Source: Rhynchobatus australiae
Lineage: Eukaryota
DNA: 64,000 nt
Assembly: GCA_034780895.1 (NCBI GenBank)
Contig: JAUZTB010000048.1
Location: 24,270,500-24,334,499 of the forward strand
Direction: 5' to 3'
The notes below the pieces were generated by a model. It was not told where the DNA came from and searched no databases. It saw nothing but the letters and a program-made list of their open reading frames with translations. Shown here piece after piece: positions 53,596-64,000 of the stretch. Position numbers and translations under genes: made by a program. How positions within the stretch are numbered: the first letter of the stretch is position 1; each line of letters starts with the position of its first letter.

Positions 53596-54244
53596 CAGGC
53601 CAGTTCTTTTTTTTCCTTTATGGAAGGTGGACCTTGTTCCATCAGGAGCCATCTCAAGGCAGTACTGGAAAATGTCAGGCAGTGGCTACTCCCTAAGGGC
53701 AAAGGAGTAACAGAATCTATAAGGAAACATGACATGACATTAACCGTTATAACATTTTTCTCATGATCTGTGACAACCTGCCCATCTACTCAGCCAAAAT
53801 CCTTTGGGTAAATGAGCAGGTGTGGGTTATTCAAAAGAGCTTTTTGGGAAGATGAGTGTAACCAATGGCTGCCTACGGTCTTGAGAAGCCAGGAATGCTA
53901 GCGAATACTGGTTCCCTCTTCACTTCAGTCAAATCAAATTGAGTTGTCTTCTATGGGTAAAGAACCTGAGTGATCCCTCTGATGCTGTGGTGAGCAGAAA
54001 ACATCAAAATATGATGGATTAGCAGTGGCAGCTACAATGATCCAGAAGGCCAAGCTGAGAGTTACTTTGCCCAATGTTGTTGAAGCTCATCCTGCAGAAT
54101 GTTGTTACAGCCTTTGGGGAAACCTGAGCCTGCAGCTACTTTATCAGAGAGATTTGGGTATTGTTAAAGAGTGTACATATTGGTCTTTACAGCATTGCTG
54201 TGCCTCTTGCTCCGCTTCCAACCTTTCCCAAGTTATCTACAATT

Positions 54245-54530
54245 TGATAAATTGGTTCATTATTGTCACATGTGCCAAGGTACAGTGAAAAACTTTGTTT
54301 TGCATGCCATCCATGCAGATCATTTCATCACATCAGTACATTGAGGTAATAAAAAGGAAAACAATGACAGAATGTTGAATAAAGTGTTACAGTCACAGAA
54401 GTAGTGCAGGCAGACAATAAGGTGCAAGGCCATGATGAGTTAGATTGTGAGGTCAAGAGGTCTGTTCAACAGTCTTATAACAGCGGATAGAAGCTGTCCT
54501 TGAGCCTGGTGATCTATGCTTTCAGGTATG
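54245..54530 (-). mobile_element. Rex1-like LINE 3' end
   Basis: ttattgtcacatgtgccaaggtacagtgaaaaactt...gacaataaggtgcaaggcc...gttcaacagtcttataacagcgg (minus strand AVIRLLN). Confidence 0.8.
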
Positions 54531-55426
54531 CATGTCTCAGTGCCTCCTGCGGAGTTACCATTGAGGCACCAAGCGAATGAGTAGCTTGGCAGCCAGGTGC
54601 TACTGAGTAGTACCTGCTGTTTAAACACTACCTGAGGATTTTAGGAGGTGTTTGAGCAGTCCACAGTCAGTTCTGAGAGCGTTTTGTGAGGTGCCAGTGT
54701 GTCCTTTTTTTTGAAATGGCAAATAAGAAAAGAACTTGCTCTGCTGTGCTCCCAGTTCTCCTGTAATTGTTCCACAACAGTTGACATCTGGAGCTTTGAG
54801 CTCCAATTTACATCAGAAGGGATTAAAATGTGTCGTTGCCCAACAGTTAATAGCAATGCATGAAAAACATTGGGCACAGTAAAGAGGATCGCGACCAGAA
54901 GCAATAGTCCATTTTTGTGATTGCCATAATTTCATTCAGAAATGATTGCCAACATGATTTACTTTGAGTAAAATCAATTTTGGATCATGTGGCTCAAAGT
55001 ATTTTTTTTGCCATTTGTACTTTTCAGCGTGTGTCAATTAACATGCCCTTCTGTTGTGGGCCACTCTGCATCTTGGACAAGTAGCTTTCTTGTTCTATTC
55101 TTCGGGCTTGCTAAATAGGAATCCATTTTGATCTTGCAGTCCTCCGGTTTGTTGCTACAGAATTTCCAGTGAACTTCCGTAACCATTTGTTACCCCAGTC
55201 TCATCACTTCTTCCTCGGACTGCAACTCTAACCTTGGTTCATTGTTTATATTTTTATTTTTGGGGGTGGAGAGTAAGCAATGTCAGATGAAAATATTTTA
55301 AATCACTTTCTATTTTGGTGCTAATGGGATTTTTCTTCATTTTGACCGGGGTGCTGCTGTGTTGAAAAGTTGTTTATTGTGAGTTCAGATTGTTTGTAAA
55401 AGTCAAACAAAAACTTTGTAGGAAAT

Positions 55427-55610
55427 TTTGCAGATGTAGAAAATCTGAAAATTTAAAAAAAAAACCAAAATTCTGGGAAAACTCAGCAGGTCAGGCAGTA
55501 TCTGTGGAAAGAGAAACAGTTGATGTTTTAAATCAGAGGCCTTTCATCAGATGCTGCATAAACTACTGAGTTTTTCCAGCACTTTCTGTTTTGACTTCGG
55601 ATTCAGTTTC
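55427..55610. mobile_element. Fold-back Penelope-like pLTR repeat: minus copy with hammerhead core (55517-55550) fused to an inverted tail
   Basis: ctgggaaaactcagcaggtcaggcagtatctg...cagttgatgttttaaatcagaggcctttcatcag|atgctgcataaactactgagtttttccag. Confidence 0.8.
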
Positions 55611-55934
55611 TGTGGTTTAACCAGTGTTGTTGCTTTAGAATGTGAGTACAGCTTTGGTATGCAAGTACATACAGTAAGGTGAACCTTCCATATATGCTGT
55701 AGTGGCAATACCTTGTCCAGTGCCAAAACTTAGAAAATTGTGTTTTTTACTTGTGGCTTTCTGATGCGTGCATATGGTGGACACTGTTTCCCCTCTTCCA
55801 ACATATGCCTTAGAAAATTGATCCCGATAGCTGCACTTGAGCTTTTCGCTTCACTGTTATAATTGTAGTTCTTGTTTCAATGGGTCTTGCATTGGAATCT
55901 GATCCCAGTTTTGATGAATGATATCCTCTTGTAT

Positions 55935-56265
55935 AAACACAGAAAATGCTGAAAACTATCACTAGGTCAGAAGCCTTTGTGGAAAGGGAAACAGTTACTT
56001 TTTCAGGTCAAAGACGCTCGTCAGAAGTTTGCAAAGAAAAAGCAATGACTTGATCTAGAGAGCGTAAGGAGGGATCCAGGTCTGGGGTGAAGATTCCTGG
56101 CCAAAGAAATAAGCATTAACGTATAGATGACAGAAAAAGAATTCAACATCATGTTGGAATCCATTTTGATGGGGATGGAGGGGGACAAAGCTAATGCCTC
56201 TGCTGAGGACTAATTGTTTAAGATCAGAGTGGGGAAAATTTCTACTGGGGTGAGGAATTGGCTGG
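55935..56265 (-). mobile_element. Internally deleted Penelope-like element: ORF fragment (56058-56265) followed by a hammerhead-bearing pLTR (55935-56028)
   Basis: Minus ORF SDLKQLVLSRGISFVPLHPHQNGFQHDVEFFFCHLYVNAYFFGQ matches the PLE pre-RT motif LS..E..VLSKGL.F.P....D...FFRRL.L..YF. It is followed by CTGACGA-gcgtctttgacct-GAAA...aactg and the common tail. Confidence 0.8.
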
Positions 56266-56819
56266 AGAATTGTAGCTGAAGGAAGGTGGGGTTGGGAGGT
56301 GAAAGGATCCAGAGCAATATTGGAATTTGAGAGCTGTTGAAATTTGATATCACAAAAGAGGTGGGGGAGGGGGATGCAGGTCCTCATTTCAAATTTTTAT
56401 CTAAATGTTTTTTTTGTACAAATTTGACCCCATTTCAGTTTGTGTAGAATATAGAGGACTAGCCTTATCCATAACTATCTGAAAAGTTGCAGACTGAGGA
56501 TCACTGCTCCCAAGTTTGTTACCGTCCATGTCCACTTTCATATTTTATATTCCATATTTCAAATAATTTTGATAGATGTGTATTAGAAAATAGTTGTTGT
56601 CTACCACTTAATGCCTTGGGCCTATTCTGTTAGCACAATCAGATGTTTGCTTGTCTCTAGACATTGATCATGTCACTCTTCAATTATCTTAACTCTGGGG
56701 AATGTCTGCCAAATTCATGCAACCTGTGCCCTTAATTTAACCCCTGAAGGCACATGTGTAAATGCAAGTTTTTATCGGGGTGTAGAAGCTTAATAAATTC
56801 TATGGATTTGTTTACCTTG

Positions 56820-57250
56820 CTCAATTTACAACCTAATCTCAGTACTGAAGCACTTAATAGAAAGATGTATTTGGGAGGAAGGTTTACTAGGATGTTACCT
56901 AAACTAAGGAGTTTCTGAATGTTATTTTCCCAGGAAATTAGGTGATTTAATTGAAATTTTCAAGAATTAACAACCAGCTTATAAGGTAGATGGAATAAAC
57001 TATTTCTGCTTCCTGGGTGTTTAGCACCAGGATACAAAATTTAAATCTGTCAGGAATGAATTGAACAAATGATTTTGCATAAGTTGGTAGATGTTTATAA
57101 CTTTTTCATAAATTCCATTTGTTAATTTTAATTGAGATATTTTATGATTATCAAAGTTTACCAACCATATTAAGGAGGGGGGGGAGAAAATATACAGTTG
57201 GATGATGTGTTGTGGGTCACAAATCTGCCTTGATCTTGATGAAAGCTCAA
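56820..57250 (+). mobile_element. Highly decayed CR1 LINE 3' fragment
   Basis: gaaggtttactaggatgttacct...aggtgatttaattgaaattttcaag (RFTRM.P and GDLIE.FK motifs). Confidence 0.6.
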
Positions 57251-58334
57251 CCAAAGTTGGTGTTTCAAGGTAGCAGGTAACACCTGGAAAGTTGGTGAGT
57301 GTCTCAGCCTAGTCCCCTGTACACAATGGAGTAGGTTATTCCCCAGTAATTTGTCCCATAATCTCAGTGTTGGAAAAATGGGAATTCTATCTTCTAACAG
57401 AGGTAGAGGACAAATTGAGCAGGTCCAGTGGTCAGAGCAGACAGATGGGGGTGAAGGAGGCTGGTAGGCTCAACTGCATTTACTTTAATTCGAGTTGTCT
57501 CGCAAGTAAATCATATAAACTTAGAGCAACAGATGGAACTACAGTGTTATAGCAGTCAGAGAAATGTGGTTGGATGAAGGGCAGGACTGATGATTTAATG
57601 CTCTGGGGTACAGAATTTTCAGACGTGACAGGAGGGTGCAAAAGAGGAGGGGAAATTACACTTTTGATTAGAGAGAACATCACAACACTAATAGAATATC
57701 CTGGAGGGATCCTTGAACGAGGCCATATGGATGGAACTTGAGAGTAAGAGAGGACTGATCACTTTGCTGGAGCTATAGCATAGGCCTCTAATAGTCAGCA
57801 GGAACAGATGTGTAAGAAAATTGCAGAAAGGTGTAAAAGCAGTAGGGTTTATAATAGTGGGGGATGTTAACTTTCCCAGTATTGACTGGAATTGCCTTAG
57901 TGCAAGGGGTGTAGATGGGGCAGAATTTAAGTACATCCAAGATGGTTCTTTTCTGAGACAATGTGTAGATAATCCTACTAGAGGAGGCTGTATTTGATCT
58001 TGGGAAATGAAATTGGGCGGGTGGTGAAAGGGTCAGTTGGGAAATACTTTTGGAACAGTGACCATAATTCTGTGAGTTTCAAGGCAGTTATTGAAAGGGA
58101 TAAGGTTGGTCCTCAAGTTAACATTTTAAATTGGGGGAAGACTAATTTCAATACTGCAAGAGAAGACTTGGCAGAGTCGATTAGGGACAGATGCTTGCAT
58201 GTTTTAAAAAAAAATCTGAAGAGCAGAAGTCTTTTAAAAGAGTTAGCTGAGTGCTGGGCCAGCATATTCTGGTAAGAGTCAAAGGGAAAGATGGCAACAC
58301 TAGGGAACCTTGGGTGGCCCAGGTTACTGAAGAT

Positions 58335-58500
58335 GCAGGAGACTACAAATACTGGAATCTGGAGCAAAGAAATAAGCTGCTGGAAGAACTCGATGGGCTG
58401 AGCAACATTGTGGATGAAAAGGGAAGGTCAACATACTGGGTCAAAAACCTGCCATCAGATCCTGATGGAGGGTCCAGACCTGAAGAGTTGATCAAACTTT
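58335..58500. mobile_element. Penelope-like pLTR-derived insertion within the CR1, with two back-to-back decayed hammerhead motifs
   Basis: tactggaatctggagcaa...gctggaagaactc...ggtcaacatactgggtcaaaaacctgCCATCAG atc CTGATGGagggtccagacctgaagagttgatc. Confidence 0.7.
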
Positions 58501-58583
58501 AAATAACCTTTTTGAGGTAGAGGGAGAAAATAAGCACACAGTGGATATGGGAAATTACAATCAAGTGAGTCCCTTGAGGAATA

Positions 58584-58901
58584 CAGGGGTTACAGCTTAT
58601 CTGATTTATGGAAATTTGACTTTATGCAAATTTTCCCATACCTATTTAAAGCATTTTTCAAGCTAGTGATAATAATGAAATGTTTCATGGTATTCATTAA
58701 TAACTGGATACATTATTCCATTAGTTTAATTTGGGTAGTGTTAGGGTGATCATTCAATGAAATGAAAGAATAATAATAACTGTATGTAAAGCAATATGAC
58801 ATGGGTAGCTGTAGAAAACTGATGTTCCTGACTTGTGGAGAACTCTGCCGATGGACCCTTTTGAGGAACAGAACCCTCATGTTACCTAAGGACTGCCTGC
58901 A
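58584..58901. mobile_element. Tigger/TcMar-like MITE inserted at TA within the CR1
   Basis: cccttgaggaa TA caggggttac...gttacctaaggactgcctgca TA gagggtgcag. The CR1 sequence reads through once the insert is removed. Confidence 0.7.
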
Positions 58902-61900
58902 TAGAGGGTGCAGTAAAGTACTTCAAGAAATGAGGATGGTGAAAAGAGGCTATGAAATCTTCGGCAGATAAAGTTAAGGATAATCCTAAGTCATTCTATA
59001 AGTGTATTAATAGCAAGAGGGTAGCCAGGGAAAGATTGGGTCCCCTTAGAAACCAAAGGGGTAATCTGTGTGTGGAGCCAGGGGATGTGGGTGACTTCTC
59101 GTCTGTAGTCACCAAAGACAACGACATGGAAGATGGTGAGTTTGGGGAGGGGTGTGCTGGTACTCTGGACCATGCAAGTATTATGAAGGTGGAGGCATTA
59201 GGTGACTTGGAATGTATGACGATCAAAAAATTCCCAGGACCAGTATGCTATGGAAAACGAGGGAGGATATTTCTGGAACCCCGACAAAGATTGTTCCATC
59301 TTCCTTAGCAACAGGTGAGGTACCAGAAGACTGTAGAATAGCAAATGTTGTTCTTTTATTTAAGAGGAGCAGGGATAAGCCAATTAACTACAGGCCGGTG
59401 AGCTGTGCATCGTTAGTTGGAAAATTATTGGCAAATTATAGGGGACAGGACCTTAATACTTTTATAAAGTATTTGACAAGGTCAGTATGATAGGCTGATC
59501 CAGAAGGTTAAGTTGTGTGAGCTCCAAGGCCGTCAGGCTGATTGGATTCAAAATTGGCTTGATGACAGAGTAGTGATTTGGATGTCTGTGACTAGTGGTG
59601 CACCATGTTGGACCTATATGTAGTGGGAAAGGTTGTCTATGGCTACAGCAGGATGGATCAGATGGAAATTTAATCTGGACGTGCAAGGTAATGCCTTTTG
59701 GGAAGTAGGACATGTATATTAGGGCAGTAAGGAATGTTGATGAACAGGAAGACCTAGGGTTCAAAGTTCATGGTTGCCTGAAAGTGGTAACACAGGTCGA
59801 TAGGGCAGTGAAGAAGGCATATGACGTGCTTGCCATAATAGTTCAGGGCAGAGAATATAGGACATAGGACTTTATGTTACAACTTTACAAAACACTGGTT
59901 AGGCTGCAGCTGGAATATTGTGGTTCTGGCCATAGGATGTGATTGTGTTAGTGAGAGTGCAGAAGGGATTCACCAGGATGGTGCCTGGATTGGAGGATGT
60001 GAGTTATGGGGAGTCATTGGATAGGCTGGGTCTGAGCAAAGGAGGCTGAGGAGTAACCTGATGGAAGTTTAGAAGATTGAGAGGCATAGATGGGGTAAAT
60101 AGTCAAAATCTTTTTCCCCACGGTAGGGGTATCAGAAACCAGAGGTCATGGGTTTAAGGTGAGAGAAAGGAGTTTTAAAGGGGATCCAAGGGGAAAGTTT
60201 TTTTGCACAGTGCTTGATATCTGGAATGTGCTGTCAGAGGAGGTGTTGGAATCGGGTCCGATTACTGTGTTTAAAAGGCATTTGGGCAGACACTTAAACA
60301 GGCAAGGCATAGAAACATGTGGCCCTAATGAAGGTGTATGGGATTAGTGTAGATGGTCAAAAAGGTTGTCATGGATGTGGTGGGTCAAGGGGCCTGTTTC
60401 TGTGCTGTACAACACTCTGACATTATGATAACTCAAGGGATTCACTGCTATTATTGGGGTACAGCAGTTTCTAAAACTTTGCCAAGTCATAGTGGATTTA
60501 TCTCTATCCAAAAAAAAGTCATCATTATTACCATATAATTTTTCTTCCTTCTCCAGTAGTGAGGCTCATGTTGGTTTTCACCAGCCTGTGGATTCTGTAC
60601 AAACAAGCTTGGATGACATTAGCACCACAGCATCCTCCAACTTAGAATCTTTTGTTTACACCAATCCTTGGTGTAGAATATTTTCACAGAAGAGTTGATA
60701 TTAAAGGGACTCTGTGGTGCTAATTTCATCAAGGCTATTTATACAGATTTCAAGGTGTAGGGTGAGTTGACTGTGTCATTGAACTGGTAAATTACTCAAC
60801 CCTGACAGTCTAGATCTTTTCAGAATAATATAATTTACTAGTGATGGGTTTTTTAAGCAAACATACATCACATATTCAAATCCCTGTTAATATTAACTGG
60901 GAACTTGGTAGCTGAAGTCAACTTTACTGTCAATATTCCCCCTGTTCCTGAGCAATCTACTGGTTTTAGGAATGTACCTTTTGACTTGCACCATTAGTGC
61001 ACGCGTAGACCAGTTGTGTGGTGTGCGTTGATGAAGCCAGCACCTTGCTGCGACTGCCACTCGAATTAACGGCCAAGCTCCATAGAGAGCTTGACAAGGA
61101 GTAAGAGAATGGCATGCAGTGTGGCTGCAAAATACCTAGTGACCAGCATTTTCAGGAATCTGGCTAATTGGTACTAAACAGACTCATGGGACTAAACTGT
61201 CAGCTCCTGTTCCTGTTTCTCCTTTATTCTTAATTTGCATCACATACAGTTTGTGTGACATAGTTTCACACTTGTCAACGTTGCCAAATGTATCCGGAAT
61301 AAATGTAACCCAAGAGCTTGGTAAAACATCGTGCTATGCATCCAGCATGCTGTTCAGAAATATACAATTACATTTGTAAAGGGTAGCATTAAACTTCAAC
61401 TGAAACTTGTATCCAAGGAAAATATGTGCTGTATGATCCATGTGGATTATATCTGTGATAACCTTGACTTTATTTTGGAGCTCTAAGTGACTCATGATTG
61501 AGCTTCTGAAGTTTTTTTGCTTCATGTGCAAATAAAAACATTCCTTCAAATACAGAAGATAAATGTTAGCCCTCTGATTCATTGCAGGTTCTGAGTATCC
61601 ACTTGCCATAAATTGCTCTTAAGTCATCAATCCACACAACATGATCTCAGTTGTAAGAAATTACTACTTGAATGTGAATAACTTTATTAGGGTTACAGTT
61701 CTATTACCACAAAATAAACATTTAAAATGCTGCTTTCTTGACACTTTTATTGTAGTGTTAAACCATATTTTTGTTTGTCATTTGTTCAAATTTTCTTTCC
61801 ATGCTGTTCACTCTTTATTTTAATTTGTGCTTTTAGATCCTTTCCAACCAATGTATCATGTTCTGACCAATTTTCATTCCTTTAAAGTACTTTTCAATAA

Positions 61901-62931
61901 AAATCATCCCGACTTTTCCTTTCCCAGGTATATTTTTGCTTCCATCCAGGACCTCAAATCAATGTTTGCTAATGCTTACATTGAAAATTGGCACCCAAGG
62001 ATTCTTTTCTGGTCAAGCAGCAACTCCAAATCTGAAGATACTAGTTCTCTTCTTGTGCAAGATCAGATAAATCTTTCCCCACTTATGGCAGGTTTTGCTG
62101 GCCTTGTGCATATGAAACCTAGCTTAATGGCCCTAATAATACAGTCTTGCGAAAATGAGAGTTCATCCACTTTATAAATGAGGATTAGTTTTGATGGCTG
62201 TGAGCCCTCACTGTGGGTGCAGTTGAAGTTTCTATCTCCAAGAGGGTAGCATATTGTCCATGTAATCCAGTTCACAGTTATTCCTGTTCCTGTAAAGCAA
62301 AGTGTACTGGAGCAAATGTACAAAAGTTAGCTTCATTGAGAACTAAAACAATTAATCCAAGGATGGAGGGCTGTTTAAAAAAAAATTTCAGTGGGAACAA
62401 CTGGAATTTATAATTTATCTTGTGATTTATTTGCATTAGTGCTGAGGGTTTTTTATACATTTGTTGGTGCAGATATTATTGCTGAGGCTAGAGAACAGTA
62501 TGAATTATTTGAAGGCAAATTCACACAGGTTGCACAATAAGTTGATCGTCTATCTTGGAAGTTCTGTGCATTAGAAGCTAAGCACTAATGGCTGTTTCAA
62601 ATTGTGTGCAGTTTGAAGAAGCACAAGTGTTCAGTCTGTATATTCCATAGTATGAACATGCATCCATACCTTGCATGTTTTTGTTTAAAGTTCTGGCACA
62701 AATGCTTCACGTATTAAGTAATTATGTATTAGGAAGCCTGCATTCATTATCATGGAATATAGAAAAATCTGATTCAGTTTAACAGCTATCTGTAACTTTT
62801 TTTGTGTGGAAGAATGTTGGGCAGAGGTACATTAAGATGCAACTCTACCCATTTTTTTATAATGTAAAAGTCCAAAAAATATTTTTAGTTCCCAGAGTTT
62901 TTAATTCATGGTATAATTTGTGTTCTTTCAG

Positions 62932-63041
62932 GAAGCCTTCTGAAGAAGCTGACATGGATGAAGTTATGGCAGCTACAGTTTTGACCAGTCTCTCCACCAG
63001 TCCACTGGTCCGCAGTCCATCCTCAGGAACACACATATTGG
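62932..63041 (+). CDS. Internal coding exon of a ZNF704 / SLC2A4RG / ZNF395-family (C-clamp zinc finger) gene, encoding conserved region 1; paralogue not resolved (ZNF704-like or SLC2A4 regulator)
   Basis: Acceptor tgttctttcAG (62930-62931) and donor G|GTAGGT (63042). Translation (R)[36 protein letters not shown] matches, from memory, ZNF704 [26 protein letters not shown]395 MDEMMAAMVLTSLSCSP and SLC2A4[18 protein letters not shown]. The exon starts in phase 2 and ends in phase 1. Confidence 0.9.
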
Positions 63042-63679
63042 GTAGGTTTTTAAACCTGAATGGTCTTTATGCTCCATCAGTATTAATTATGTAGGGATGA
63101 TAAAATTGTTTCTGAAATAAAATGACTGCTTTTCATAGTTTGAGATTGACTATCGAGCGCTATCATGATGGTTAGTTCCATTGTGGTGAAGATGGAATTG
63201 TCCTCCATGTCTGCATTGGATAGGATGAGCTCCAAACTCTGCACAAAGTTCTATGCCAAATTCGTGCCAGGTTCTTCCATGATTCTTGACTGTGAACATG
63301 GGCTTCCTAATGCATATAACATTTTGCTATGTGAAGCTGAGTAGGGGTGAGTGTTCATAATCACTGTTTTCCTGCAGTTGATAACCTGTCCAAATCAGAG
63401 TTCTTTGGAATCTAAAATAACAAAGTTAAAAGGAAAGGTTGCGATGGAAAGAATAAAACTGCACCATCTGCAGCTTCTAATTCAGAAGTGCAAGAGCTGA
63501 ATGTTAGTGGGATGTGAGAATGGAAAATAGTTTGAGGATGCTATATCTTTGATTAATTCAGACCAATATAGTGATAAAAACCAGTGCTGTCCCCTTCAGA
63601 GATTAAGATAATTCAGGCATGCTGTCTCTGGGTGTTGCCACTTCATTCTGCAAGAAACATAAATCATCCAACTTCATGA

Positions 63680-64000
63680 AACATTTGTCAGAGTTGGAGT
63701 ACCTCATGCAGTTCTAGTCACCTCAGTCTAGAAAAGATGTGCTGGAGAGCTTGCAGAAGAGATTCACCAGGATGTTGCCTAAGATAGGGCATTTCAGTTA
63801 TGAGGAGAGGCTAGTCTTGTTTTTCCTGGAGCAGTGGAGATACGAGTATATAAAATTGTGAGGGCATAAGTAGGTTAGATCACAGGAAACTATTTTCCCC
63901 ATATCAGGGGTAGATAAAATTAAAGGATACAAATTTAGAGTAAAGGGTCAGAGATTTAGAGAGGATCTAAGGTGGACCTTTTTCACCCAGAGTGGTGAGT
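63680..64000 (+). mobile_element. HER1/CR1 LINE 3' fragment running off the window
   Basis: ttggagtac...gcagttct, gcagaagagattcaccaggatgttgcct, gttatgaggagaggct, tttttcacccagag. Confidence 0.85.

Larger units (their letters stand above)
57440..60420 (+). mobile_element. HER1/CR1 LINE ORF2 (endonuclease + RT) to 3' tail, decayed, with nested insertions
   Basis: LNCIYFN, FRRDR..KRGG, IIVGDVNFPSIDW, SDHNSVSF, KDNPKSFYKCINSKR, TGEVPEDCRIANVV.LFK...NYRPVS, gattcaccaggatg, and tail gcctgtttctgtgctgtac. Many stops and frameshifts. Confidence 0.95.
1..62931 (+). other. Probable large intron upstream of the ZNF704/SLC2A4RG-family exon
   Basis: The exon at 62932 begins at a phase-2 splice acceptor. 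No upstream exon of this family is recognisable in the window, which is dominated by decayed TEs. Confidence 0.65.

Noticed and set aside
58952-59490. ORFs with clear LINE ORF2 motifs as an active RT gene
   Set aside because: Fragmented by stops, frameshifts, deletions and nested insertions; a dead CR1 copy.
62804-63094. The 96-aa ORF as a complete gene
   Set aside because: Only 62932-63041 is family-like and bounded by splice sites; the flanking residues are intronic read-through.
1-64000. Prokaryotic-type systems (operons, CRISPR arrays, defence islands)
   Set aside because: The sequence is vertebrate intronic DNA, with no regularly spaced repeat-spacer array or dense coding region.

Overview
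This is AT-rich, repeat-dense vertebrate DNA from a gapped assembly (13 N-runs). The repeat content points to a cartilaginous fish, probably a ray, sawfish or guitarfish: HE1-type V-SINEs, SacSINE1-type DeuSINEs, and HER1/CR1, L2, RTE and Rex1 LINE remnants. Only one convincing host coding exon is present, a 110-nt + strand exon at 62932-63041 encoding the conserved region 1 motif ([23 protein letters not shown]) of the ZNF704/SLC2A4RG/ZNF395 C-clamp zinc-finger family. The preceding ~62.9 kb is therefore most likely one very large intron, and almost all listed ORFs are spurious or TE remnants. The most interesting signal is a dispersed ~100-170 bp repeat found at about 9 loci. It carries a minimal type-I hammerhead ribozyme (CUGAUGA...GAAAC-GUC, palindromic ACGU helix III, covarying helix I), often occurs in inverted pairs, and in one place sits directly downstream of a Penelope-like ORF fragment. 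No copy in this window has a fully intact core. All TE family assignments come from motif recognition by eye, and boundaries are approximate.
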